Source: Candidatus Woesearchaeota archaeon
GTDB lineage: Archaea; Nanobdellota; Nanobdellia; SCGC-AAA011-G17; GW2011-AR17
NCBI GenBank assembly: GCA_964358335.1
Contig: CAYHOW010000001.1
Location: 1-36,100, forward strand
DNA length: 36,100 nucleotides
Reading direction: 5' to 3'
Part shown: piece by piece, positions 8,638 through 17,225 of the stretch
Numbering within the stretch: the first letter of the stretch is position 1
Layout of the letters: each line of letters starts with the position of its first letter
Notes under the pieces: model-generated
Database searches by the model: none
Told to the model about the DNA's origin: nothing
What the model saw: the letters and a program-made list of their open reading frames with translations, nothing else
Made by a program: the position numbers and the translations under genes

Positions 8638-10842
8638 ATGCGTCCTATAGACACCAGCACTAAAAAAATCTTAGAGAAGTACGGTGCGAAGATAGACTCG
8701 AAGTCGGGCACCAACATAATGGACATGCCTGCCGAGAAAGATGTGTTCTCCAAGGACTATTCGGTTTTCAGGGAAGAGGCGCTGAGACTGAGCAACACGT
8801 TCTATGAGCGGGCATGCAACTATGCCGAGAACTTAGTCAAGGTAGAGCCAAAGCCTGAAGATGCGGCAAAGCTAATGGAGGCCATCGACAGGACGCACCT
8901 CAACATAACGCCAACAGGCGCGTTCAGCCTTGCCACCTTGACGATGGCGGTATCGGTGCTGTTCGGCTTTGCAATAGGATTCGTATCGTACCTGCTTCTG
9001 GACAAGGCGCAGATATTCCTTGCATCGTTCTTTATCCTCGGCGGAATATTCTCATTGAAGCCGCTGAGCAAGTACCCAATATACCTGGCCGCGAAATGGA
9101 GGCTCCAGGCCTCGAACCAGATGGTGATGTGCATCCTCTACATAGTCATGTACATGAGGCATACGTCCAACCTTGAGCACGCGCTGATGTTCGCAGGGGA
9201 GCACGTGGGCAATCCGCTTGCCTTGGACCTCAGAAAAATCATGTGGGACGTCGAGACGAGGCGGTTCTCTACAGTGAAGGAGGCGCTTGACAACTATCTT
9301 GACAGCTGGAAAGATTATAATCTGCCTTTCGTTGAATCGTTCCATCTCATTGAAGGTTCCGTCGTCGAAGGCGATGCTAAAAGAAGGTTAGAGATGCTTG
9401 AGAAAGCTTTAGAGGTTATGCTTGAGGGCACGTACGAGAGCATGCTCCACTATGCGCAGAACATCAAGAACCCAATCACCACGCTGCACATGCTTGGCGT
9501 GATACTGCCAATCCTTGGCCTGATTGTCCTGCCTCTGCTGGGGAGCTTCCTTGGCGTCAAGTGGTACCAGCTCGGGCTGATTTACAATTTCATACTGCCT
9601 CTTGTCGTCTACTTCATAGGGTACAGCATAATGTCCAAGCGCCCCGTCGGATACGGCCAGAGCGGGATGTTCGAGGACAGCCCAAGGTTCGCCAACCTAA
9701 GGATGCTGCAGATAGGAGAGGGGGAGAATGTGTCCTACATCGAGCCGAAAAGCGTTGCTACTGCCATAATTTTCGTGTTCATGGTCATAGGGATGCTGCC
9801 CCTGATAATCCATCTCGTTGACCCCGCGTTCGATATCACATTCCCAGATCCCATAGGCGGAAAGCTTATAGATTACAGGACTGTCGAGACACAGGAAGGC
9901 GAGACGGTCACCATAGGGCCGTTCGGCTTGGGCGCCTCCTTGCTCAGCCTGCTGATACCGTTCGGGATAGCGTTCGGCCTGAGCACATACTACAATATAA
10001 GGAGCAAGAAGCTCATCGACATAAGGAACGAGACAGTCAGGCTGGAGAAGGAATTCCAGGGCGCATTGTTCCAGGTCGGCAACAGGCTCAGCGGAGGATT
10101 CCCCACAGAGATGATATTCGGCGATGTCGCACAGAACCTCAGAGGCACGCCTACAGGAGATTTCTTCAAGGTTGTAGACAGGAACATAAGAAGCCTTGGA
10201 ATGAGCATCGAGCAGGCAGTATTCGACGAGAAGGTCGGAGCCATAAACTATTATCCTAGCTCCCTGATTGAAAGCTCGATGAAAGTCCTAATCGAGACGT
10301 CTAAGAAGGGGCCGCAGGTCGCGTCAAAAGCACTGATGAGCATCTCAATCTACCTTGACAGGATAAACAAGGTCAACGAGAGGCTGAAAGACCTGCTCTC
10401 GGAAATCATAGGGTCTATGCGTGCGCAGATATCTTTCCTTTCCCCCATAATCTCGGGAATTGTCGTAGGCATAGGCAGCATGATAACGTCCATCATAGGA
10501 GGCCTGGGCTCAGCACTGGAGACGACCGCGGCCCCTGAAGAGGACGACGCTGCAGCCGCAGGGCTCGGCGCAGGCGGCCTGACCGACATATTCGACCCGT
10601 CGACACTGATGCCCCCTTTCTTCTTCCAGATTGTCGTCGCAGTCTACCTAATCCAAATCGTCTACATACTCTCAGTGATGGCAAACGGAATCGAGTCGGG
10701 AGTGGACAAGCTCAACGAGGAATACACGCTCGGCAAGAACCTCTACAAGAGCTTCATGTTCTATCTCATAGTCACGGCTGTTACAATAATCGGGTTCAGC
10801 CTATTGGCCAAGATGATATCCGGCGCGGCGGTGGCACAATGA
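8638..10842 (+). CDS. polytopic membrane protein, probable pilus platform protein (FlaJ/TadC/PilC-like)
   Basis: 734 aa with many TM segments separated by soluble helical regions. It lies immediately downstream of the ATPase behind a GGGGT RBS. The assignment rests on position and topology, not on a named motif. Confidence 0.55.
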   Translation: MRPIDTSTKKILEKYGAKIDSKSGTNIMDMPAEKDVFSKDYSVFREEALRLSNTFYERACNYAENLVKVEPKPEDAAKLMEAIDRTHLNITPTGAFSLATLTMAVSVLFGFAIGFVSYLLLDKAQIFLASFFILGGIFSLKPLSKYPIYLAAKWRLQASNQMVMCILYIVMYMRHTSNLEHALMFAGEHVGNPLALDLRKIMWDVETRRFSTVKEALDNYLDSWKDYNLPFVESFHLIEGSVVEGDAKRRLEMLEKALEVMLEGTYESMLHYAQNIKNPITTLHMLGVILPILGLIVLPLLGSFLGVKWYQLGLIYNFILPLVVYFIGYSIMSKRPVGYGQSGMFEDSPRFANLRMLQIGEGENVSYIEPKSVATAIIFVFMVIGMLPLIIHLVDPAFDITFPDPIGGKLIDYRTVETQEGETVTIGPFGLGASLLSLLIPFGIAFGLSTYYNIRSKKLIDIRNETVRLEKEFQGALFQVGNRLSGGFPTEMIFGDVAQNLRGTPTGDFFKVVDRNIRSLGMSIEQAVFDEKVGAINYYPSSLIESSMKVLIETSKKGPQVASKALMSISIYLDRINKVNERLKDLLSEIIGSMRAQISFLSPIISGIVVGIGSMITSIIGGLGSALETTAAPEEDDAAAAGLGAGGLTDIFDPSTLMPPFFFQIVVAVYLIQIVYILSVMANGIESGVDKLNEEYTLGKNLYKSFMFYLIVTAVTIIGFSLLAKMISGAAVAQ

Positions 10843-10940
10843 TTTCGATGAGGTCCATAGTGCTGCTGCTGCTTGCGATAACCTTAGGATTGATATTGAT
10901 AGGAGCAATAATCAAGTTCAAAAATGCGACGCTTGGATAA
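10839..10940 (+). CDS. 33-aa single-TM micro-ORF (not in the ORF track)
   Basis: The sequence is MISMRSIVLLLLAITLGLILIGAIIKFKNATLG*. Its ATG overlaps the platform gene stop (ATGA). It conflicts with the 10924 start of the next gene by 17 nt. Confidence 0.3.
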   Translation: MISMRSIVLLLLAITLGLILIGAIIKFKNATLG

Positions 10941-11730
10941 AAAAGGTGCGGGGCTGGAGATGGAATCTCTCGTTAAGATAATCCTGCTAGTCGTGTTCCT
11001 GGTGATAGCTGCCATATTGATAGTGTCGTTCTTCACTGCGGCATCCACGAGCAAGACCAAAGTCTACGGGTGCTGGATAAGCAACGGCATAATGGCAAGC
11101 AACGCCATAACGAGGGGCGCGATGAGCGTGCCGTGCAAGCAGGAAATCATAGAGAACCCACTCTCTAAAGACGAGCTCGCCGTATATCTGAAGGACGTGT
11201 GGTTCATGTTCGGAAAAGGCAAGTGGGATTTCCATATAACCAGCGACGATTGGATAATTGTCACGGCATTCAAGATGAAAGAGGATGTCACGCTGAAAGA
11301 CCTGTACCTGCACCTCATGACGCACAAGGGAGCACGCAGCCTGGTGGAGGGCGGAACTCTCGACCTGAAGGACTTGGCGTCTTCCGATTACAATTACCTG
11401 CAGTCAGGCTCGCCAGGGCAGACCGTATGCTTCCATGAGGACCTCAAGCCCAAGGACGGCATTGCCGGACTGGCCAAGGGCAAGGTGTACTACATCCTGT
11501 TCTGGGACGACACGGCGAGAGGGAGCTCTACCGGAGACAAGATAATCATAACAACCAAGCCGGAGGTTGTGGTGAATGCCATAGGCTGCTGCACGTTGCA
11601 GACTGGCCAGTGCGTCACGCTCAATGGCGACAAGTGGTACGATTACACTAACGCCATAGGCAACCTGGTCGTGGGCTATGGATGGGCCAAGCCGGGAGCG
11701 CCTACAATAACCCCTGGCAAGATGTTTTGA
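10924..11730 (+). CDS. prepilin-like protein (class III signal peptide), 268 aa
   Basis: The N-terminus is MRRLDKKG/AGLEMESLVKIILLVVFLVIAAIL. The alternative start ATG 10960 (MESLV...) has a GGTG about 12 nt upstream. Confidence 0.65.
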   Translation: MRRLDKKGAGLEMESLVKIILLVVFLVIAAILIVSFFTAASTSKTKVYGCWISNGIMASNAITRGAMSVPCKQEIIENPLSKDELAVYLKDVWFMFGKGKWDFHITSDDWIIVTAFKMKEDVTLKDLYLHLMTHKGARSLVEGGTLDLKDLASSDYNYLQSGSPGQTVCFHEDLKPKDGIAGLAKGKVYYILFWDDTARGSSTGDKIIITTKPEVVVNAIGCCTLQTGQCVTLNGDKWYDYTNAIGNLVVGYGWAKPGAPTITPGKMF

Positions 11731-11739
11731 AGTGAGAAC

Positions 11740-11898
11740 ATGAAACACAAACAAGGAAAGCTCGAGGTCGAGTACATCGCCATCATAGTCTTGGCGCTGA
11801 TGGTGCTCGTGATATTAGTCATATTCTCAGACACTATACGCCAAAAGATTGTCGAAGGCGTCACGACATTCTTCGACGAGATAGTGAGAGGCAGATGA
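11740..11898 (+). CDS. 52-aa mini prepilin-like protein (below the ORF-track cutoff)
   Basis: The sequence is MKHKQG/KLEVEYIAIIVLALMVLVILVIFSDTIRQKIVEGVTTFFDEIVRGR*. It fills the 11731-11899 gap exactly, and its stop lies 1 nt before the next ATG. Confidence 0.55.
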   Translation: MKHKQGKLEVEYIAIIVLALMVLVILVIFSDTIRQKIVEGVTTFFDEIVRGR

Positions 11899-11899
11899 A

Positions 11900-13714
11900 A
11901 TGGAAAGGGAATACGTGGTCAGCTTCATGCCGATAATCTCCGTCATATTAATAATCGGGGCCATAGCCTACATGTATTATCCTAAAGTGTTCGACGATGT
12001 CTCAAACATAGCGAAAGACGTCTTCAAGTTCGGGCAGAAAGAGAAGAACATCAAAAGCACGCAGTACGTCGCTGAATCCATACTCTCATCGCTTGAGTTC
12101 TGCCAAGGCCAGGAGCCAGTAGGGTGCTCGTGCGAGATCAAGAACAAGAAGCCGATACCTAAAGATTACAAGATATTCTTCAAGCTAGTCCAAGGATCTT
12201 CCGGGAAGACGGACATGCTGATATACGCTTTCTCCGACCAGGACGAGATAATACCAATCAAGCTTGACGCAAAGGGGCTCAAGCTGGACAACATGAAGCT
12301 TGGAGTCGCATACTGGGCAAACTGCCCGGAGTGCGGGGACGACAAGGCCTACGGAGACATATATTGCGTATTCAACTCCGAGCTCGCGGGCAAGGATTCC
12401 CCGATGATACTCAAGGGCGACGCGCAGCAGGACTGGGCCTTGGCATATTATAATTCGCAGGGCGTCCCGTTCGACCAGCTGTCTGCAGGCTCCGAGTACA
12501 GCCAGATGAGCCGCATAGGCAACATAATCAAGTTCGACGACAACAGGTACTGCTTTGTAACCACAAACCTCTTAAGGCCTGGCGACGACAGCAAGTTCAG
12601 GCCGATAACCCTGAAGAAGACCGATGATTTCGTAAAGATAATGGATGTGGCAAAGAGCGATCAGACTATTCTTACTTCCAGGGGCGCAGTCTCAACAAAT
12701 TTCAAGATAGGACTGCAATGGCCGCCTGTATGGACAGAGAAGGAGGGGAGGGCGCTGCCTGACATGAACAAAATAGAGGCTATGAGCAAGATGAAGTTCG
12801 CCTTCGGCAGCTGCGAGCTACTTAAGAAAAGCGCCACTGCATGGAGGTCGAGCGTCAGGGACGATGACATGCTCGATGCTGAAACCAAAGAGCTCTTAAG
12901 GCCTTTCGCATGGCCCATCGCCCCGTCAGGCGAAATGAAAGTGGTCTGCGATTCCAAGAACGTCGACGGCAAGCCCGTATTCTGGATAGACAGGATTAAG
13001 GCTCCGGCCAACACTCCCGTACTGGCTTCGACTGATGCGGAAGTCATGGAGGTGTGCGACGAGAAATGCCTGCCCGGAAAGAAATATGTCATACTGAAGG
13101 ACAAGGTCGAGGCCGCCTCAAGGACTATACAGAGCTCAGACTACTCAGTCAGCGACCAAGGCGTTATAGCCAATCAGCCAGGCGAGCTTAACATCCTGAA
13201 CAACATATCCGTCCTGATTTATTTCGGCAACCTAAATACAGTCAATAAGCAGAAAGTTGCATTGGGCTCCAAAGTCCTTATGGGTGACATCATCGGGGCA
13301 TTGGGGGACCCGCTCGACAGGAAAGGGCCGTGGCTTGACTACAGGGCTGCTTACGCTGATGCAGGAAGCCCTGCCACGGGGCAGTTCTTCAGCTATCTAA
13401 TCAGCGCTGTGAGGCAGCAAGGCTATAACATCGCCGTCTATCCCGACTTCGTCAAGGACAGGAACGTGATATTCGCCAGGGAGTTCAGCCCGTATGCTTC
13501 ACTTCACGCCGGCGGAATAAAGCTGGCCAAGACATTCTATGAGGGCTGCGACAACCCGTCAACGCCAAACAGCGAGCTTGACGATGCAATAAGATTGGAA
13601 GCTAGTTTCGGGCAGTCCTACAGGCGCTCCGATTTCGCCTACGAGGACCCTAGCTGGAAAGACAGCATCAAGGCCGAGCAGGCCAGCAACCCTAGAAGCT
13701 ATAGAAACATTTAA
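11900..13714 (+). CDS. N-terminally anchored large exported protein with a degenerate LytM/M23-like domain
   Basis: The TM segment is FMPIISVILIIGAIAYMYY. FAWPIAPSG...FWIDRIKAPANTPVLASTDAEVMEV and VALGSKVLMGDIIGALGDPLDRKGPWLDYR follow the M23 layout, but the His ligands are replaced. Confidence 0.6.
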   Translation: MEREYVVSFMPIISVILIIGAIAYMYYPKVFDDVSNIAKDVFKFGQKEKNIKSTQYVAESILSSLEFCQGQEPVGCSCEIKNKKPIPKDYKIFFKLVQGSSGKTDMLIYAFSDQDEIIPIKLDAKGLKLDNMKLGVAYWANCPECGDDKAYGDIYCVFNSELAGKDSPMILKGDAQQDWALAYYNSQGVPFDQLSAGSEYSQMSRIGNIIKFDDNRYCFVTTNLLRPGDDSKFRPITLKKTDDFVKIMDVAKSDQTILTSRGAVSTNFKIGLQWPPVWTEKEGRALPDMNKIEAMSKMKFAFGSCELLKKSATAWRSSVRDDDMLDAETKELLRPFAWPIAPSGEMKVVCDSKNVDGKPVFWIDRIKAPANTPVLASTDAEVMEVCDEKCLPGKKYVILKDKVEAASRTIQSSDYSVSDQGVIANQPGELNILNNISVLIYFGNLNTVNKQKVALGSKVLMGDIIGALGDPLDRKGPWLDYRAAYADAGSPATGQFFSYLISAVRQQGYNIAVYPDFVKDRNVIFAREFSPYASLHAGGIKLAKTFYEGCDNPSTPNSELDDAIRLEASFGQSYRRSDFAYEDPSWKDSIKAEQASNPRSYRNI

Positions 13715-13762
13715 ATATTCATTTTCGTTTAGTTATCCTAGAAATCAAAGGGGTGCAGAAAA

Positions 13763-14125
13763 GTGGAATCTAACAAGAAAGGCATGGAGATATCCTTGAA
13801 TTTTGTCATTATCGCAGTATTGGCATTGGTTGCACTGATTGTCATCGCATTGTTCTTTACAGGAGGCATGTCCAGGATAATCGGCAAGGAGAAGACCGTC
13901 GTTGAGCTCACCGAGCAGGACATAGCCCTGGCTGAGAGCGCATGCAAGCTGTCCTGCACATTGTGCCAGAAGGGGCAGTTCGATAATCCTGCCGTATCAC
14001 AGGCAATGAAGGATAGGTTCGCAATTACCTCTACAGGGGACGGAGCCCTGAACTGCGAAAAGATGCCAAACGTCGGCGCAGGATATTGGGACAAGAACTG
14101 CAGGGCCAAGTGCGAAGCAAAATAA
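13763..14125 (+). CDS. prepilin-like protein, 120 aa, Cys-rich C-terminal domain
   Basis: GTG start with a GGGGTG RBS. The N-terminus is (M)ESNKKG/MEISLNFVIIAVLALVALIVIAL. A T-rich tract follows the stop. Confidence 0.7.
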   Translation: MESNKKGMEISLNFVIIAVLALVALIVIALFFTGGMSRIIGKEKTVVELTEQDIALAESACKLSCTLCQKGQFDNPAVSQAMKDRFAITSTGDGALNCEKMPNVGAGYWDKNCRAKCEAK

Positions 14126-14162
14126 AAACTTTTATTAATCTTCTTCTTTTCTTACTTATATC

Positions 14163-14354
14163 ATGAAAACAAACAAAAAAGGGGTAGAGCTCACGCTGAA
14201 CACCGTCATACTTGCCATTCTGGCAGTCATGGTGCTCGTTGTCGTCACAATCATATTCATCAAGGGCTCCGGCTATTTTGTCGACAAGCTGAAAACCATC
14301 TGGGACCAGATTGCCGGACTTAAGCCTAACCTGTCAGGCGCTATACCAAAATGA
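14163..14354 (+). CDS. 63-aa short prepilin-like protein
   Basis: The N-terminus is MKTNKKG/VELTLNTVILAILAVMVLVVVTIIF. Its stop overlaps the next start (ATGA). Confidence 0.7.
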   Translation: MKTNKKGVELTLNTVILAILAVMVLVVVTIIFIKGSGYFVDKLKTIWDQIAGLKPNLSGAIPK

Positions 14355-15568
14355 CCCTGAAAAAAAGAGGTTCGGAAGAGTCGTTCAGCTTTCTCATAGG
14401 CATACTGCTGATGATACTTATACTCACGCCGATAATAATCATCGCATACAGGGCTTTCGCCGAGAAGCAGGGCGTCGAGAAGTGCTTCACCGAGATTGTC
14501 GATATATCTGCCAAACTGAAGGACGGGCAGGAGCAGGAAATACTGTGCAGGTTCCAGAAGGATTACGTGCTCATGGGCTTTGACGCCAAGCAGCCTGCGA
14601 TAGTGACCCCGTTCACAGACGCATCAAGCATAATCAGCTCTCCAAAGCAGCTGACTTACGCCAAGCCTGAAGTCTGCAGCTCGGGCTCAACCGACGAAGG
14701 CATAATAAAAGACGAACTGGGGTGCCTATGCTTCTGCTCAGACCCTGGACAGCCTATAGCATACAATAGGAAATGCTCCGGCAAGACCAGCTGCGCCCAG
14801 TTCAAGGACGTAAGGACAATAAGCGGGTTCCAACTGTGGAACAAGGACGGGTACAGGGAGACTTCCGGAAAGTACTGGAGCTTTGTCAAAACCCCATATA
14901 AGCTCATCAAGGGAGTAGGCGAGGAGGAAGTGAGGGCAAGGGTAACTTCAGGCAAACTGGCTGCGTCGGCCAACCTGATTGTCTTCGGCCAGGACCAAGT
15001 GCTTGGCGTCCTCATAAGGAAGTCCGGAGATGAGCTTAAGATATGCGTCCCTGGATACGACTGCGACTACACCAAGAAATATCCATGGCACCAGTTCGCA
15101 TTGGACATAGAGTCGTGCAGGACTGAGGCCAACGACAACTGCCTCTGCAAGGAAATAGAGTATGAGATACTTCCAAACTCCGACTTTGTCATCGCAGCCG
15201 ACAAGCAGAACAATGTTAACAGGATAGGCAATTATTATCCTAGCAAGCCGGAAGACAAGCAGTACGAATGGATAACCGATTATTCAGGCAGGCTTTGCAC
15301 TTACGACGGCAGGTCGTCCGAAAAGAAAAAGTACGTAGAAAGGTTTTCCCTTCTGGAGCTCTATCCGGAAAGCCAGGGATATACGATGAGCAAGAGAAAG
15401 GTACAGCCTATAAAGGTAGGAACCGACGTCTGTTTCCTCACCTATGCTGACGTTGAATCGTTAAAACTGCCTTCATGCTACGTTAAGCCCGCAGCATCTA
15501 CTGCTCAGCCACAGCCGCCTGCCGCTGTCACGCAACCCCCCACGCCGGGCACTGTCAGCCTGAGGTAA
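14351..15568 (+). CDS. prepilin-like protein, 405 aa, Cys-rich exported domain with Pro/Ala/Thr-rich tail
   Basis: The N-terminus is MTLKKRG/SEESFSFLIGILLMILIL. About 18 Cys are spread through the mature part. The C-terminus is PAASTAQPQPPAAVTQPPTPGTVSLR. Confidence 0.7.
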   Translation: MTLKKRGSEESFSFLIGILLMILILTPIIIIAYRAFAEKQGVEKCFTEIVDISAKLKDGQEQEILCRFQKDYVLMGFDAKQPAIVTPFTDASSIISSPKQLTYAKPEVCSSGSTDEGIIKDELGCLCFCSDPGQPIAYNRKCSGKTSCAQFKDVRTISGFQLWNKDGYRETSGKYWSFVKTPYKLIKGVGEEEVRARVTSGKLAASANLIVFGQDQVLGVLIRKSGDELKICVPGYDCDYTKKYPWHQFALDIESCRTEANDNCLCKEIEYEILPNSDFVIAADKQNNVNRIGNYYPSKPEDKQYEWITDYSGRLCTYDGRSSEKKKYVERFSLLELYPESQGYTMSKRKVQPIKVGTDVCFLTYADVESLKLPSCYVKPAASTAQPQPPAAVTQPPTPGTVSLR

Positions 15569-15600
15569 TGTTTAAATATCCGTTTCCCGTCTTAATTTGC

Positions 15601-15957
15601 ATGGATAAAAGGGGCCAGGCAGAAGTTTCTGAGATGACTGTAATATTCGAGATACTTATAGCTGTCGTTGTCGGCACTTTCTTTGTCTTGGCCGCATTGA
15701 CTTTCAACCAGCACACAAAGTTCAATAAAATATACCTCGAAGAGGATTCCAAGCTGATGTACAATGCCCTGGCTTCCTCGCCCAGCCACATAAGGTACAA
15801 TTACACGCATGCGAAGATGTACCGGATAAACGTCAGGGATGATTCCGTTGAAGTGACCAAGGACATGAAGGTGTCCGAGCTGGGAATGCGGAGCACGCTG
15901 ATTTATGAAAAGTTAGGCCCGTTAAGCCAACTCACTGCGCAGGTGAAAAATGTTTAA
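15601..15957 (+). CDS. prepilin-like protein, 118 aa
   Basis: I prefer the internal ATG 15601 to the track start 15568. It gives MDKRG/QAEVSEMTVIFEILIAVVVGTFFVLAAL. Confidence 0.65.
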   Translation: MDKRGQAEVSEMTVIFEILIAVVVGTFFVLAALTFNQHTKFNKIYLEEDSKLMYNALASSPSHIRYNYTHAKMYRINVRDDSVEVTKDMKVSELGMRSTLIYEKLGPLSQLTAQVKNV

Positions 15958-16447
15958 GAACGCGCAGTACGACCTCAGCAGGAAAGCGCTGTATTTCATC
16001 ATAGTGATATTTTTCCTTGCTGTCATGTTCATAATACTTAACTCGGCGTTCAGGACGCTTGACGTCAGGATACTGACAACCAGCCAGAGCATGGCTCAGA
16101 AGGTCCTGATGAACGAAGCGCTATATTCGCCTCTCTGTTTCGCCTATGTAGACAAGGATACAGGCAGGGCGCATCCGGGCATAATAGACGCATCAAAGTT
16201 CAATAGCGCAAACCTCTACACTTCGTGCGGCAGGTATTTCAAGGACAGGTTCGTCGTCTACCTTGCCAGAGGGGAACAAAAGAACAATATCAAATACCTC
16301 ACTTACCCGGCTTACGTCAAGAAAGCATCGCTGCCTAAAGTGGGGAAGGAAGACGCCGCATATAATAATTATATGGCCAGGCCAGTGATAATCTATGATA
16401 ACGGAAAATTCGAAAGAGGTGCCTTAGTTGTCGCATATGCGCAATAA
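15950..16447 (+). CDS. N-terminally anchored exported protein, 165 aa (atypical pilin-like)
   Basis: An 8-nt overlap with the preceding gene. The TM segment is ALYFIIVIFFLAVMFIIL, and there is no clear K/R-G cleavage motif. Confidence 0.55.
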   Translation: MFKNAQYDLSRKALYFIIVIFFLAVMFIILNSAFRTLDVRILTTSQSMAQKVLMNEALYSPLCFAYVDKDTGRAHPGIIDASKFNSANLYTSCGRYFKDRFVVYLARGEQKNNIKYLTYPAYVKKASLPKVGKEDAAYNNYMARPVIIYDNGKFERGALVVAYAQ

Positions 16448-17225
16448 AAGGGGACAGGCTGAAGACATATTCTCTGACCTGATACCCGCAATCATAATAC
16501 TTGTAATCGGCATAATAGTCATAGCGAAGGTGGATTCGACCAATAAGCTCGAGACAAGCAAGCTTCTGTCCAATAACCTCCTGGCCGACAGGATGACCGG
16601 GCTGGCCCTGCTGAAGTCGCCATTCGACGTCAAGCAGGCCAACGATATAGGGTATTCTGGCTCTTTCGTTGATTTCATTAATCAGCTCAGGCTGATTCGG
16701 CCTTCTGACACCGACCTGATAAACAAGTTGTCTGAAGCCAAGCTAGGAAAGTTCTTCTCATATTCAACATCCACAGGCGAGGTGCAGCACGGGTCGAGCG
16801 CCGCGTTCCAGTGCAAGGAAAACCTTTACTGGCATATTAATGAAGGATTCTTGGGCAACTATTTGACTTGGGTAGTCAGGGTATATGAGGAGGATGCCAA
16901 TGGAGGCAATAACCGCCTCTTGTTCATCTGCACAAGCGACATCTATGCCTATAATGACTACAATAACAAGCAGGAGAGCCTCGTTGAAAAAAATAACGGG
17001 TGCTTTTCCGAGAACAGCGCCAGGTACGATAGGGCGCTGCTTTACGGCCAGCTTGGCGGCAAGGGCAATTCTGTTGACAGGGGAGACATGTTCAGCGCCA
17101 TGATAACCCAGCCTACGCCTGACAAGTCCAAGATAATTTCGATGTTCATAGATTATTCGGATTCGACATGCCCGCTCAATCCTGAGCGCGAGACAGTTTA
17201 TGAAATAAAGGCTGAGACAAAATGA
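16437..17225 (+). CDS. prepilin-like protein, 262 aa
   Basis: I prefer ATG 16437 to the TTG at 16428. It gives MRNKRG/QAEDIFSDLIPAIIILVIGIIVIA. Its stop overlaps the next ATG (ATGA). Confidence 0.65.
   Translation: MRNKRGQAEDIFSDLIPAIIILVIGIIVIAKVDSTNKLETSKLLSNNLLADRMTGLALLKSPFDVKQANDIGYSGSFVDFINQLRLIRPSDTDLINKLSEAKLGKFFSYSTSTGEVQHGSSAAFQCKENLYWHINEGFLGNYLTWVVRVYEEDANGGNNRLLFICTSDIYAYNDYNNKQESLVEKNNGCFSENSARYDRALLYGQLGGKGNSVDRGDMFSAMITQPTPDKSKIISMFIDYSDSTCPLNPERETVYEIKAETK

Noticed and set aside
4948-8753. Long minus-strand ORFs inside the ATPase gene (4948..5706, 5370..5870, 5871..6443, 7939..8505, 8067..8753).
   Set aside because: They are antisense to a gene with unambiguous Walker A/B, Asp-box, His-box and intein motifs. 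Their translations are low-complexity (Ser/Leu/Arg/Val-rich) with no motifs.
13738-14109. 123-aa minus-strand ORF nearly co-extensive with the 120-aa pilin-like ORF.
   Set aside because: The plus-strand ORF has a GGGGTG RBS, a class III-type N-terminus matching its six neighbours and operon orientation. The minus ORF has none of these.
15541-15568. The shared peptide TVSLR appears at the C-terminus of the 405-aa pilin-like protein (PTPGTVSLR*) and in the linker of the phosphoesterase (ETPSTVSLRPAS, ~17790-17825). It was considered as a sorting or processing signal.
   Set aside because: Only 5-6 residues match, the codons differ, and none of the other operon proteins carries it. It cannot be distinguished from chance without homolog alignments.
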